Positions 8,139-19,300 are shown, counted from the stretch's first letter. The stretch: 32,000 bases of DNA from Comamonadaceae bacterium (GCA_027485285.1 JAIXRH010000075.1:70399-102398); one strand, 5' to 3'. Numbers and translations are program-made. The notes: generated by a model from the sequence alone, not told the origin.

Positions 8139-9323
8139 ATGACACCGTCATGGAAAAAACTGTTTGCATTGAGCGTATTGGGTGTCGCTATCCATACGGT
8201 TGCGCAAATCAGTATGCGCCCTGAAGTTGCAAAGCCTTTGCAAGCCGCACAGGAGGCGATTCAATCCAAGCAGCCAGACGTGGCTTTGCAAAAAATTCAA
8301 GAGGCTCGATTAACACCTCAACTCACCGACGCAGAAAAAATGTATTTGGAGCGGTTGTCAGTGGTGGCGGCTATGAATGCGCAAAAGTTTGATCTGGCCG
8401 CTAACTCATTGGACTATTTGTTGCAAAGTCAACAACTGCCAGCCGCAGATCGCTTGAGCTTGATCGAGACGATGGTGGGCGTGAGTCAGCGCAACAAAGA
8501 CTACATCAAGGTGGTGCAATGGGCGCGCCGTTATGCGCAAGAAGGCGGTAAAAATCAAAGTGTGCACATCATGAAAATACAAGCCTTGGCATTGCAGGGC
8601 TTGCATCAAGAGGTGCTGCAAGAAAAGTTAGAAGCCCATCGTTCGCTGGGCTACCTAGCGCAAGAGTCAGAGCTGCGTATTTACGCGTTCAGCCATAAGC
8701 AGCTCAAGGATGAGGCTGGCTACGTCAGCACACTGACGCAGTTGGTGACACGCTTCCCATCCGAAAATTATTGGTCAGATCTGCTCAATATCATGGGTCG
8801 TGCACCTGGTATCAACGCACGTAGGCAACTCGATGTGTCTCGCTTGATGGCAGCGTCTGGCACCCTGCAAGATGGGGAGGATTATTTAGATGCAGCGCAA
8901 TTCGCCATCAAATCAGGCTTGCCTTATGAGGCTTTGCGTTTTTTAGATCAGGGACAAGCCGAAGGTTTGCTCAAGGGCGCTTTGGCTGCCAATGCGGTCA
9001 AGCTCAAACATCAAGCGCAACAAGGTGCGGCTGAGGATGACAAAACCCTTAAGTCACTGACTCTCGCCACTGAAAACGGACCCATGTTGATGCAGCTAGC
9101 TGATGTGTTGTTGTCCAAGGGGCAATGGCACGAGGCGGCTGAGGTTTACCAAAAGGCACTTTCAAAAGGAGGGCTCAAGCACGAGGGTGAAGCGCGCTTG
9201 CACTGTGGCATCGCACTGATCAAGGCTAAACAAAATGATGCCGCTAAAGCCATGTTGCAAACTGTGACTGGTGACGCCGCTTACGGGCTCATGGCCACTT
9301 TGTGGATCTCACTTGCGAAATGA
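8139..9323 (+). CDS. Secreted TPR-like helical-repeat protein, as commonly found downstream of TonB-ExbBD clusters.
   Basis: It has an N-terminal signal-like segment (KKLFALSVLGVAIHTVAQ). The rest is alpha-helical repeat-like and rich in A/L/Q, with motifs such as GQWHEAAEVYQKALSKG. An SD (AAGAGGTGAG) lies upstream. The function is not recognisable beyond the repeat class. Confidence 0.6.
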   Translation: MTPSWKKLFALSVLGVAIHTVAQISMRPEVAKPLQAAQEAIQSKQPDVALQKIQEARLTPQLTDAEKMYLERLSVVAAMNAQKFDLAANSLDYLLQSQQLPAADRLSLIETMVGVSQRNKDYIKVVQWARRYAQEGGKNQSVHIMKIQALALQGLHQEVLQEKLEAHRSLGYLAQESELRIYAFSHKQLKDEAGYVSTLTQLVTRFPSENYWSDLLNIMGRAPGINARRQLDVSRLMAASGTLQDGEDYLDAAQFAIKSGLPYEALRFLDQGQAEGLLKGALAANAVKLKHQAQQGAAEDDKTLKSLTLATENGPMLMQLADVLLSKGQWHEAAEVYQKALSKGGLKHEGEARLHCGIALIKAKQNDAAKAMLQTVTGDAAYGLMATLWISLAK

Positions 9324-9351
9324 CGCCCTATGATGGGAAGGTATTCAAGCA

Positions 9352-10398
9352 GTGAAACCTATTTCCAAACGCATGGCCAGTTCAGACAACGACAAACGCA
9401 AGATTCAAATGATCGACATCGCTCGGATGGCGGGCGTGTCTACCTCCACTGTTTCGCGCGCCTTGAACGGCAGCTCATTGACAAATGACGAGACCCGTCA
9501 GCGCATCATCGAACTTGCCCGTTCGCTCAACTACACCATCAACCAAAGCGCAAAAAACTTGCGGATGGGGGACAACCGCACCATTGGTGTTGTGATTCCG
9601 TATGACAAAAAAACTCGGCAACACATTTCTGATCCGTTTTTCTTGGGGATGCTCGGTAGTTTGGCTGATGCTTTGACAGATCGCAATTACGACTTGTTGC
9701 TTTCGCGTGTCGATGCGGACCACTTAGACGACATGGCCGCTTTGTATGACACAGGTCGCGCCCGTGGCCTCATCGTGATTGGTCAATGGGGCCATCATGA
9801 TCAATTGAATGAATTGGCACGTCGCCATGTGCCGATCGCTGTATGGGGCGCACAGTTGCCCCGTCAACTGTATTGCAGCGTAGGCAGTGACAACGTGTCT
9901 GGGGGGACGTTGGCGACTGATCACTTATTGGGTCTAGGCAGGCGTCGCATTGTCTTTATGGGTGATGTGGACATGCCAGAAGCCGCGCAGCGTCATGAAG
10001 GGTATTTGCTCGCACACAAAAAATTTGGTGTGGAGGTTGACCCTCGGCTTTATATCAAGTCACCGTTCACTGCCGAAGAAGCGCAGGCTGCGTTGCATTC
10101 ATTTTTAAATAGCAACGTGGCCTTTGATGCAATTTTTGCAGCAAGTGATTTGATTGCGATTAACGCCATGGGTGTCCTCAAAGGCCAGGGTGTTTCAATT
10201 CCAGAGCAGGTGAGTGTCGTAGGCTACGACGACATAGATATGGCTTCTCACAGCTTCCCGCCCCTGACGACAGTTCGTCAGCCGATCGATGTGGCTGGTG
10301 GGATGTTGATGGATTCCTTAAAAGAAGTCTTGGATGGACACATGGCTGAATCTAAACATTTGCCGACATCCTTGGTGATTCGCGGATCTACTTTGTAA
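9352..10398 (+). CDS. LacI-family transcriptional regulator (SuxR-like candidate repressor of the sucrose locus).
   Basis: The N-terminal HTH reads IDIARMAGVSTSTVSRALNG...ETRQRIIELARSLNYTINQSAKNLR, followed by a periplasmic-binding-protein-like sugar-binding core (VVGYDDI...TTVRQP). The start is uncertain. The GTG at 9352 has GGAAGG about 10 nt upstream; ATGs at 9373 and 9409 are alternatives. Confidence 0.9.
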   Translation: MKPISKRMASSDNDKRKIQMIDIARMAGVSTSTVSRALNGSSLTNDETRQRIIELARSLNYTINQSAKNLRMGDNRTIGVVIPYDKKTRQHISDPFFLGMLGSLADALTDRNYDLLLSRVDADHLDDMAALYDTGRARGLIVIGQWGHHDQLNELARRHVPIAVWGAQLPRQLYCSVGSDNVSGGTLATDHLLGLGRRRIVFMGDVDMPEAAQRHEGYLLAHKKFGVEVDPRLYIKSPFTAEEAQAALHSFLNSNVAFDAIFAASDLIAINAMGVLKGQGVSIPEQVSVVGYDDIDMASHSFPPLTTVRQPIDVAGGMLMDSLKEVLDGHMAESKHLPTSLVIRGSTL

Positions 10399-10408
10399 GG
10401 CGTTCGCC

Positions 10409-11206
10409 GTGATTCACACCTTGCGGGATGCCATCGGCGTGTTTGACTCAGGCGTAGGCGGTTTGTCCGTCTTGCGTGCCATCCACGCTGCCTTGCCCTT
10501 GGAGCATTTGGTTTATGTGGCCGATTCAGGCCATGCGCCATATGGCGACCAGTCTGAAGCACACATCACCCAGCGCACACTGACCGTGGGCAAGTGGTTG
10601 GCCGAGCAGGGGGTCAAAGCCATCACCATCGCCTGCAACACGGCCACGGTGGTGGCGGCTCAAACCTTGCGTGAACAAATGCATTTGCCCGTGGTGGCCA
10701 TTGAACCCGCCATCAAACCCGCTGTCGCGCTCACCCGAAGTGGTGTGGTGGGCGTATTGGCCACGCGCCAAACCGTGCAAAGCGCCTCAGTCGCTAGCTT
10801 GGTTGAGCGCTATGGGGCAAACAAACGCATCTTGCTCCAAGGCTGTCCAGGTCTTGTTGAGCAGGTGGAACGAGCCGATTTGCACAGTCCTGAAACAGAG
10901 GCCTTGCTGCGTCAATTCATCACGCCTTTGTTAGCGCAGGGGGCTGATACCTTGGTGCTGGGTTGCACGCACTATCCATTTTTGCGTGACACCATTCAGC
11001 GCGTGGCGGGCGACAACATCCTGCTGCTCGACCCCGCCGAGGCCGTGGCGCGAGAGTTGTCCCGCCGTTTGTCCGACACCGGCGGGCTGTCTCAGCACAC
11101 AGCGCCAGGCCAAGTGCAGTTTTTCAGCTCAGGCGATGTGGCGCAAGCGCAAACTGTGATGTCTCATCTTTGGGGGGCGTCAATCTCGGTGCATGCCTTG
11201 CCTTGA
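10409..11206 (+). CDS. murI: Glutamate racemase.
   Basis: The motifs VFDSGVGGLSVL, ACNTAT and GCTHYPFL (the two catalytic Cys regions) are present, and the size is typical. It uses a GTG start with AAGG 8 nt upstream. Confidence 0.9.
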   Translation: MIHTLRDAIGVFDSGVGGLSVLRAIHAALPLEHLVYVADSGHAPYGDQSEAHITQRTLTVGKWLAEQGVKAITIACNTATVVAAQTLREQMHLPVVAIEPAIKPAVALTRSGVVGVLATRQTVQSASVASLVERYGANKRILLQGCPGLVEQVERADLHSPETEALLRQFITPLLAQGADTLVLGCTHYPFLRDTIQRVAGDNILLLDPAEAVARELSRRLSDTGGLSQHTAPGQVQFFSSGDVAQAQTVMSHLWGASISVHALP

Positions 11207-11267
11207 TGCGATGCCGATAGCCCCGCGAACCTGAAGGAATGGGGCTAACCCTTACACTCCGAGCTTC

Positions 11268-13607
11268 ATGAATGCTTACGCCGACGTCTCCCTTTTCCCC
11301 CGCAACGCCAAGCCGCTGAACAGTTACCGCAAGTACTGGGCGGCTCGTTTTGGCACGGCCCCGTTTTTGCCGATGTCGCGCGAGGAAATGACACAACTCG
11401 GCTGGGACAGCTGCGACATCATCATCGTCACCGGTGACGCGTATGTGGATCACCCGAGCTTTGGCATGGCCGTGATTGGCCGCATGTTGGAGAACCAAGG
11501 GTTTCGTGTGGGCATCATCGCCCAGCCTGATTGGCAGAGTGCTGACCCGTTCAAAGCTTTGGGTAAACCCAACCTGTTTTTCGGCGTGACTGCTGGCAAC
11601 ATGGATTCGATGATCAACCGCTACACGGCGGACCGCAAAATTCGCAGCGACGACGCTTACACCGCTGGCGACATTGGCGGCAAGCGCCCCGACCGCGCCG
11701 CTTTGGTCTACAGCCAACGCTGCAAAGAGGCTTACAACGATGTGCCCATTGTGTTGGGCGGCATCGAGGGCTCGCTGCGCCGCATTGCGCATTACGACTA
11801 TTGGTCAGACAAAGTGCGCCGCTCCATCGTGGTGGACAGCAAATGCGATTTGCTGCTGTACGGCAACGCCGAGCGCGCCATTGTGGAAATTGCCCACCGC
11901 CTCGCGGCCAAAGAGCCAGTGCAAAACATCACCGATGTGCGCGGCACAGCCTTTGTGCGCCGCGAAACACCCGAAGGCTGGTTTGAAATTGACTCGTCCA
12001 GCATCGATGTGCCAGGCAGGGTAGAGGCGCATGTCAACCCCTATTTGATGGTCAGCGACCAAGCCAAAGCCCAAGGCGAAACCTGTGCGCGCGAAGACGA
12101 AGCCAATGCCGTGGCGGATGCGGCCAACGCGCAAGCAGGCGTCAAAGCTGAGGCTGGCTTCACCATTTCCCCTTTGAACTTCGTGGCCAACGCCGCATTG
12201 CAAGGCAAAGGCAAGCTCAAGGTGCCACCGCGTGACCGCAGCGTCATTCGCTTGCCAGCGTATGAGCAAGTCAAGTCAGACCCCGTGCTCTATGCCCACG
12301 CCAACCGCGTGCTGCATTTAGAAACCAACCCCGGCAACGCCCGCGCCTTGGTGCAAGCCCATGGCGAAGGCCATACCGCACGCGACGTGTGGGTCACGCC
12401 GCCACCCATCCCCCTGACCACGGCTGAGATGGACTTGGTGTTTGACTTGCCCTACGCCCGAAGCCCGCATCCAATCTACGCCGACGAGAACGGCAGCCAC
12501 GACGGCGTGACCAAAATCCCCGCGTGGGAGATGATTCGCTTCAGCGTCAACATCATGCGCGGTTGCTTTGGTGGCTGCACGTTTTGCTCGATCACCGAGC
12601 ACGAGGGCCGCATCATCCAAAGTCGCAGTGAAGACTCCATCATTCGCGAGATTGAAGACATCCGCGACAAAGTGCCGGGCTTCACAGGTGTTATTTCTGA
12701 CCTCGGTGGCCCCACGGCCAATATGTACCGCATTGGTTGCAAGAGCCCTGAGATTGAGTCTGCTTGTCGTAAACCCAGCTGCGTATACCCTGGCATTTGC
12801 CAAAACCTCAACACCGACCACAGCTCACTCATCCACATGTACCGCCGCGCGCGGGAATTGAAGGGTGTGAAAAAAATTCTGATTGGCTCGGGCCTGCGCT
12901 ATGACTTGGCCGTTCAGTCGCCCGAGTACGTGAAAGAGCTGGTCCAGCACCATGTGGGTGGCTACCTCAAAATCGCGCCCGAACACACCGAAGGCGGCCC
13001 GCTGTCCAAGATGATGAAGCCAGGCATTGGCAGCTACGACAAGTTCAAACAGATGTTTGACAAGTACAGCGCTGAAGTGGGTAAAAAACAATTCCTCGTG
13101 CCTTACTTCATTGCCGCACACCCTGGCACCAGCGACGAAGACATGATGAATTTGGCCCTGTGGCTCAAGCGCCATGGTTTCCGCGCCGACCAAGTGCAAA
13201 CCTTCTATCCCAGCCCCATGGCCACGGCCACAGCCATGTACCACTCAGGCCGCAACCCCTTGGGCCGCGTGACGCGCACCAGTGAAAGTGTGGACATCGT
13301 GCGCGGCGAACGCCGTCGTCGTTTGCACAAGGCCTTTTTGCGTTACCACGATGCAAACAACTGGCCGTTGTTGCGCGAAGCCTTGAAGGCCATGGGCCGT
13401 GCGGACTTGATAGGCAATGGCAAGCAGCATTTGATTCCCAGCTTCCAGCCGTTGACTGACGGGGGTTATGTCAGTGCCCGTCGCAAGAACAGCACAGCGA
13501 CACCGACCAAGGGTCGTGTGCTCACACAGCACACAGGTTTGCCACCACGCGTGAATGGCGCAGGCAAACCCAGCGCCAATGTTGCCAAGCGCAAACCCAA
13601 CCGTTGA
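11268..13607 (+). CDS. ygiQ: YgiQ-family (UPF0313) radical SAM protein.
   Basis: The N-terminal YgiQ-type domain is present ([23 protein letters not shown]). The CX3CX2C cluster [10 protein letters not shown] and a basic C-terminal tail follow. Confidence 0.85.
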   Translation: MNAYADVSLFPRNAKPLNSYRKYWAARFGTAPFLPMSREEMTQLGWDSCDIIIVTGDAYVDHPSFGMAVIGRMLENQGFRVGIIAQPDWQSADPFKALGKPNLFFGVTAGNMDSMINRYTADRKIRSDDAYTAGDIGGKRPDRAALVYSQRCKEAYNDVPIVLGGIEGSLRRIAHYDYWSDKVRRSIVVDSKCDLLLYGNAERAIVEIAHRLAAKEPVQNITDVRGTAFVRRETPEGWFEIDSSSIDVPGRVEAHVNPYLMVSDQAKAQGETCAREDEANAVADAANAQAGVKAEAGFTISPLNFVANAALQGKGKLKVPPRDRSVIRLPAYEQVKSDPVLYAHANRVLHLETNPGNARALVQAHGEGHTARDVWVTPPPIPLTTAEMDLVFDLPYARSPHPIYADENGSHDGVTKIPAWEMIRFSVNIMRGCFGGCTFCSITEHEGRIIQSRSEDSIIREIEDIRDKVPGFTGVISDLGGPTANMYRIGCKSPEIESACRKPSCVYPGICQNLNTDHSSLIHMYRRARELKGVKKILIGSGLRYDLAVQSPEYVKELVQHHVGGYLKIAPEHTEGGPLSKMMKPGIGSYDKFKQMFDKYSAEVGKKQFLVPYFIAAHPGTSDEDMMNLALWLKRHGFRADQVQTFYPSPMATATAMYHSGRNPLGRVTRTSESVDIVRGERRRRLHKAFLRYHDANNWPLLREALKAMGRADLIGNGKQHLIPSFQPLTDGGYVSARRKNSTATPTKGRVLTQHTGLPPRVNGAGKPSANVAKRKPNR

Positions 13608-13615
13608 TGAGTGAG

Positions 13616-13638
13616 GTCTGAGCGAGAACCGCTCAGAC
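13616..13638. terminator. Hairpin between the convergent ygiQ and smpB genes (possible bidirectional terminator).
   Basis: GTCTGAGCG (13616-13624) pairs with CGCTCAGAC (13630-13638) around a 5-nt loop. There is no clear T-tract on either side. Confidence 0.35.
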
Positions 13639-13645
13639 AAGTCAA

Positions 13646-14122
13646 TTAGCGGCTTCGCGACTTCATCGCACGCTCCACCTCACGCTTGCCTTCACGGTCT
13701 TTGATGGTGTCGCGCTTGTCGTGTTCGGCCTTGCCTTTGGCCAGCGCGATGTCGCATTTGATCTTGCCATTTTTCCAATGCAAGTTGATAGGCACGAGGG
13801 TGTGACCTTTTTGTTCGACCTTGCCAATCAGGCGTTTGATTTCATCTTTTTTGAGCAGCAGTTTTTTGGTGCGCACGTTGTCTGGGTTGACGTGGCTGGA
13901 CGCTGTGTGAAGCGGGTTGATTTGGCAGCCGATCAAAAAAAGCTCGCCATTGCGCACCACCACATAACCGTCGGTGAGCTGAACTTTGCCTTCTCTGGCA
14001 GATTTAACCTCCCAGCCTTCCAGCACCATGCCTGCTTCAAACTTTTCTTCGAAAAAATAGTTGTAGGCGGCTTTTTTGTTGTCAGCGATGCGAGATGAGG
14101 TTGCAGGTTTTTTGGTAGCCAT
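13646..14122 (-). CDS. smpB: SsrA-binding protein SmpB.
   Basis: The full length resembles SmpB: [49 protein letters not shown], and a basic tail. Confidence 0.95.
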   Translation of the reverse strand: MATKKPATSSRIADNKKAAYNYFFEEKFEAGMVLEGWEVKSAREGKVQLTDGYVVVRNGELFLIGCQINPLHTASSHVNPDNVRTKKLLLKKDEIKRLIGKVEQKGHTLVPINLHWKNGKIKCDIALAKGKAEHDKRDTIKDREGKREVERAMKSRSR

Positions 14123-14156
14123 TGAGTGATGTGGGGGCGGAAGAGCTTCTTACAAT

Positions 14157-14621
14157 ATGACCCATTCTATGAAAACCGTACACAAGTCCGTTTTGATCTG
14201 GTTCAGCGCTGAAGAAATGTTTGCGCTGGTCACCGATGTCGCCCGTTATCCTGAGTTCTTGCCTTGGTGTGACCGTGCAGGGGTGCGTGAAGGCCACGCC
14301 CATGGCATGACGGCTGAGGTGGGCATGACCTTTGGTGGTTTCCACAAAAGCTTCACCACGCGCAATGTGCACATCGAAGGTCGCCAAGTCAAGCTAGAGC
14401 TGGTCGATGGCCCGTTCAAGCACCTCGACGGTACCTGGGATTTTCATCCCTTGCTCGACCCGAACACCCAAGAGCCCCAACGCGCCTGCCGCATTGAGTT
14501 GACTTTGAACTACGCGTTTGACAGCATGTTTGGCGCTTTGGTGGGCCCTGTGTTTGACAAGATCGCTGCCACCTTGGTAGACGCCTTTGTGAAGCGTGCA
14601 GAGCAGGTGTACGTCGCGTGA
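14157..14621 (+). CDS. ratA: RatA/PasT-family SRPBCC (START-like) protein.
   Basis: It aligns by eye with E. coli RatA: FSAEEMFALVTDVARYPEFLPWC, FHKSFTTRN, LVDGPFKHLDGTWDFHPL, ACRIELTLNYAF. It is divergent from smpB, as in many proteobacteria. Confidence 0.85.
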   Translation: MTHSMKTVHKSVLIWFSAEEMFALVTDVARYPEFLPWCDRAGVREGHAHGMTAEVGMTFGGFHKSFTTRNVHIEGRQVKLELVDGPFKHLDGTWDFHPLLDPNTQEPQRACRIELTLNYAFDSMFGALVGPVFDKIAATLVDAFVKRAEQVYVA

Positions 14622-14977
14622 TTGCCAACGACACAAGGATCCACATCACCGTGATGTATTCGCCAGCACCCCGTGTGGTGCACGAGCGTGTGCTGCCACT
14701 CAGCGTGGGTACCACGGTGATGCAAGCGTTGCAGCAAAGCGGTTTGTTGACTGAATGCCCTGACATTGACCTGAGTCAGCCCGAGGCTTTCATGGTTTTT
14801 ATTTGGGGCAAAAAGACCGATCCCGACCATGTGCTGCGAGATTTAGATCGCATCGAAATTTGCCGCGCACTCACCGTTGACCCCAAGGTCGCACGGCGTG
14901 AGCGTTTTCAAAAACAAGGCTCCAGCCGTGCAGGCTTGTTCTCAAAGCGCCGCGCAGGCGCGAAACCTGGCTACTGA
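14618..14977 (+). CDS. rnfH: RnfH-family (UPF0125) ubiquitin-like protein.
   Basis: It matches the E. coli YfjF/RnfH pattern (I.V.V.Y....., SGLL....DIDL......IWGK......L.D.DRIEI.R.L..DPK..RR.R). The GTG start overlaps the ratA stop as GTGA. Confidence 0.8.
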   Translation: MIANDTRIHITVMYSPAPRVVHERVLPLSVGTTVMQALQQSGLLTECPDIDLSQPEAFMVFIWGKKTDPDHVLRDLDRIEICRALTVDPKVARRERFQKQGSSRAGLFSKRRAGAKPGY

Positions 14978-14982
14978 AAAAC

Positions 14983-16002
14983 ATGACACAACCCTTTTGG
15001 CCCACTTGCGGCTATACCTTGCTGACCCACAACGAAGCGGGTCACTTGGTGGTGACCGACGATTTTTTGCGCTTTCTTTTGGAGCGCCCAGAGTTGGCAC
15101 CTATTGCCACCTCGTGTGCTGCAGAAGTGGCCCTGCATCACAGCTTGGTTGAGCAGCCGCGCCGTGAAGTGCCTGCGAACGAATTGGCACAACTGCAGGA
15201 CAAAGATGCTGTTGACAACTACGCGGTGTGGCTGCGCTTTCGCCAGCGCATCACCTCTCTGCCGACGCTAGAGGCCAGCTACCTTGCCTTGTTCAAAGGC
15301 GAGGGCGTGGATGTGCCGCCACTCTTGGTGCAGCACATCACGCACATCATGCTGCGCCATGTGTTGGGCGACGCGCCCACAGCCATGCAAGCGCGTGCGG
15401 CAGAGATGCTGATGCACACCCAAAAGATTACCGTGCTGGAAGACGGCTCAGTCATGGCGGCCGATGATGAAACGGTCGAACGCCACGCCACACAAGGCGG
15501 CTTTGGCTCGATTGGCGAGTTGCTCAAGCAAGGTGGCATCAAGCTGCGCAGCGTGGACTTGGATGTGCTCAACGAGGACAACCAAGATGCCTATTGGCCC
15601 CGTAGCGAGAGTTATGACTGGGTGGTCAGCCTCAACCGTGGTCAGCCCGCTTTGACCGCGCTGTGCGAGGTGATGGCCAAGTGGGTGCAGCATTTCTTGG
15701 GCGTGCAGGTGCAGATTCAAACCGAGCGCGAAATCAACGACGATCATTGGGTGTGGCATGTGGGCCTAGATGCGCAAGCCAGCGGCGTGTTGAATGATCT
15801 CTACCAAGGCAAAGAGGTGGATGCGGACCGCATGGAACGGTTGCTGTGCCTGTTCAAACTTGAGTTTGTGGAGCCCAACGACATGTTGGCGGATGTGCGC
15901 GGCAAGCCCGTTTATTTGGCGATGGCAGTAGATGCCAACCAGCGTTTGAAGCTCAAGCCGCAAAACCTGCTGCTGAATTTGCCGCTGGCCAAACGCTCAT
16001 AA
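14983..16002 (+). CDS. Conserved hypothetical protein (339 aa); no domain recognised.
   Basis: This is a long ORF with core-like codon usage and no competing ORF. I could not recognise any motif. Confidence 0.6.
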   Translation: MTQPFWPTCGYTLLTHNEAGHLVVTDDFLRFLLERPELAPIATSCAAEVALHHSLVEQPRREVPANELAQLQDKDAVDNYAVWLRFRQRITSLPTLEASYLALFKGEGVDVPPLLVQHITHIMLRHVLGDAPTAMQARAAEMLMHTQKITVLEDGSVMAADDETVERHATQGGFGSIGELLKQGGIKLRSVDLDVLNEDNQDAYWPRSESYDWVVSLNRGQPALTALCEVMAKWVQHFLGVQVQIQTEREINDDHWVWHVGLDAQASGVLNDLYQGKEVDADRMERLLCLFKLEFVEPNDMLADVRGKPVYLAMAVDANQRLKLKPQNLLLNLPLAKRS

Positions 16003-16005
16003 CGA

Positions 16006-16347
16006 TCAGGCCCGTTCCACAGGCCCCGCCACCGACTTGTACATGAACACCGCGCGTGTGATGTCGGTCACCCACACCAAGCCATCGCCAATTTGCCCGA
16101 TTTGTGCGGTGTCAATGATCAAGTCCACGATGCTGTCGCACAACTCGTCGGGGGCCACAATTTCAATGCGCACTTTGGGGGTGTAGTCTGTCAATTCTTC
16201 TTTTAAATTGCTTGGGCTTTGCAATTTAGTGGCAGAACAACCTTCAGCCTTGCTCACGGTCATGCCTGGAAAGCCGGGTAGCGTGCGCAGTTTTTCACGC
16301 AAAGTAGGAAGCTTGGAAGGGCGAATGACGGCTTTGATTTCTTTCAT
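16006..16347 (-). CDS. P-II superfamily protein (PII-NG-like) at the 3' end of the czc operon.
   Basis: It aligns with GlnB-type P-II at both ends (MKEIKAVIRPSKL...GMTV....G ... PKVRIEIV.PDEL.D.IVD.I...A.IGQIGDG...V.DI) but has a divergent T-loop. It lies 15 nt downstream of czcA. Confidence 0.75.
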   Translation of the reverse strand: MKEIKAVIRPSKLPTLREKLRTLPGFPGMTVSKAEGCSATKLQSPSNLKEELTDYTPKVRIEIVAPDELCDSIVDLIIDTAQIGQIGDGLVWVTDITRAVFMYKSVAGPVERA

Positions 16348-16362
16348 AGGTGTTTCTTTCGC

Positions 16363-19300
16363 TCAAGCTTCGGGTTCGGATTCGTCGAACCAATGATAAA
16401 TCGTGGGTACCACCACCAAGGTCAACAAGGTGCAAGTAATCAGACCGCCAATCACCACAATGGCCAAGGGGCGCTGAACTTCTGAGCCAGGGCCATCTGA
16501 GATGAGGAACGGAATCAAGCCCAGCATGGCCACAGTGGCTGTCATCATCACAGGACGGAAGCGTTGACGCGCACCCTCAAGCACCGCGTCTTTGACCGAC
16601 ATGCCGCCTTCGCGCAAGCTGCGGATGTAGGACACCAGCACCACGCCGTTGAGCACCGCAATCCCCCACAGCGCAATGAAGCCCACAGACGCAGGCACCG
16701 ACAAATACTCTCCTGCGATGAACAGCCCAATCACACCGCCCACCGATGCAAACGGCAACACCGTGATGATGAGCATGGCGAACTTGACGGAGTTGAACAA
16801 CAAGAACAGCAAAAAGAAAATGGCCGCGACCGTGATGGGCACGATGATTTTCAAGTGACCCAAGGCGCGTTCCATGTTTTGGAATTGACCGCCCCACTCG
16901 AGGTAGTAACCCTCGGGCAGTTTGATTTTGTCATCCACCTTGTCTTGCAGCTCGGCCACAAAGCTGCCCAAGTCGCGGTCTTTCACGTTGATGCCCACCA
17001 CAATGCGGCGCTTGGCCATTTCGCGTGAAATTTGTGCCGGACCATCTAAGACATGAATCTTGGCCACATCGTCCAAGCGGGCCTGAGCGCCGTTGGCCGA
17101 GCTGAGGATGATGTTGGAGATGGCTTCAATGTTGTTGCGAAAGCGCTCAGGCAAACGCACGACCGCTGCATAACGGCGTTCGCCCTCAAACACCTCGGAG
17201 GCCACTTTGCCACCAATGGCAGTTTCAATCATGTCATTCACGTCAGACACGTTCAAGCCCAGGCGTGCAATGGCTTGGCGGTCGATGTCAATTTGCAAAT
17301 ACTGCTGGCCTGAGATGCGCTCCACGCGCAAGTCTTGTGCGCCTTGAATGGTTTGTGCGACCTTGGCAATTTGGTTGGCCACATGTTTGAGCTCGTCCAA
17401 ATTGTCGCCAAACACTTTCACCGCAATGTCAGAACGCACACCCGTCACCATCTCGTCCACACGGTCAGAAATAGGCTGCGCCATCACAATTTGCACGCCG
17501 GGAAGTACCTTCAGTTTTTCACTCATGGCGTGGGTGATGTCGGTTTGGTCCCAGCCCGAGGGCCATTCGCTTCGCGGCTTCAAGCTGACGATGGGGGTCG
17601 ACTCATTCACGCTTTGTGGGTCAGCGGGCGATTCACCTCGGCCCAAACCAGAGATGGCTGACTTGACGCCAGGCACTGTCATGATGAGCTTCATCGCCTG
17701 CATTTCCATTTTGATGGACTCATTCAAGGAGATGTTGGGCACGCGGTTGATGCCGGGCACCACCGAGCCTTCTTTCATTTCTGGAATAAACGCGGTACCC
17801 AAAAACGGCAAGATCGTCACTGCCAACACCAAGGTGGCCAGCGAGGCCAACACCGTGCGTTTTTGGTTGGCCATGGCCAAGCCGAGCAACTGCAAATAAC
17901 GCGACTTGAGCACGCGGATCAATTTGGTGTCATGGTCGCCGTCGCCCACAGGCGGTTTGAGCAAATACGAGGACAGCACAGGCGACAAAGTCATGGACAG
18001 CACCAGCGACACTGCCAGAGCGATGGCAATGGTGTAAGCCAGAGGCGCAAACATCTTGCCCTCCATGCCTTGCAAGGTCATCAAGGGCAAGAACACCAAA
18101 ATGATGATGCCCACGCCAAAAATCACGGGTGTGGCGACTTCGGTCACCGCATTCAAAATGCCACGCACCTTGGTTTCGCCCAGCTCTGCCGCACGACCCA
18201 AGCGGGCATAGGCGTTTTCGACCACCACAACCGAGCCGTCCACCATCAAGCCAATCGCAATGGCCAAGCCGCCCAGCGACATGAGGTTGGCAGAGATGCC
18301 CAGTTTGTTCATGGCCATGAAGGTGAGCAGCGGTGTGAGCACCAAAGTGGCCACCACAATGAGCGACGAGCGCACATCGCCCAAGAACAAGAACAACACA
18401 ATCACCACCAGCACCACGCCTTCAATCAGCACCTTGGTGACGGTCCACAGCGCCGCATCGACCAACTCAGAGCGGTCGTAATACGGCACCACTTTCAGAT
18501 CGCCCGGCAGCATGTCGCGGTCGTTGATTTCTTTCACGCGCGTCTTGATGCGGCTCACCACCTCTTTGGCGTTGCCGCCCGTCATCATCATCACAATGCC
18601 GCCCACCGCCTCGGTGTCGCCGTTTTTGATGACCGCGCCTTGGCGCACATCGTGGCCGAGTTTGATTTCGGCCACATCGCGCATATAAACCGGCGTGCCG
18701 TTGATTTCTTTCAACACAATTTGGCCCAAGTCGCCCACGCCTTGGATCAGGCCCACGCCTCGAATCAGGTATTGCTCAGACGCTTGCGGCAGCACCCCAC
18801 CGCCCGAGTTGGCGTTGTTGCGTGACACCGCGTCGTACACCTCAGACAGGCTGATTTTGTAATGGCGCAAACGCTCGGGGTTGACCAACACGTGGTACTG
18901 CTTGACGAAGCCGCCTTGCGAGTTGATTTCAGCCACGCCAGGGATCGAGCGAAGCAGGGGGCGCAGCACCCAGTCTTGCACCACGCGGCGTTGGGTCAGT
19001 TCTTCTTCACTGAGTTCGCGGTTGCCGTCACCTGAATGCTCCAAGGTGTATTGGTACACCTCACCCAAACCAGAAGAAACTGGACCGAGCACGGGCGTGA
19101 TGCCTGGGGGCAGACGCTGGCCCACTTCCATCAGGCGTTCCATCACCAATTGGCGGGCAAAGTACACGCTGGTCTTGTCGGTAAAGACGAGCGTGATCAG
19201 CGAGAGGCCGGGCTTGTTGAGTGAGCGCAGCTCGGTCAAGCCGGGCAGGCCAGTCATGGCCACTTCGATGGGCACGGTGGCAAAGCGTTCCACCTCTTCG

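Noticed and set aside
11124-11792. A 222-aa minus-strand ORF overlapping the end of murI and the start of ygiQ.
   Set aside because: It is antisense to two confidently recognised genes. Its Arg/Ala/His-rich composition is typical of shadow ORFs in high-GC DNA, and it has no motif.
13608-14156. I looked for ssrA (tmRNA) or a tRNA next to smpB.
   Set aside because: The intergenic spaces are only about 35 bp on each side of smpB. There is no room for an RNA gene, and no tRNA-like acceptor or T-arm was seen.
14157-14977. ratA-rnfH as a toxin-antitoxin or defence module.
   Set aside because: This is the widely conserved housekeeping smpB-ratA-rnfH neighbourhood with core-like composition. RatA/PasT is better regarded as an SRPBCC-family housekeeping protein. 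Nothing here is unusual.
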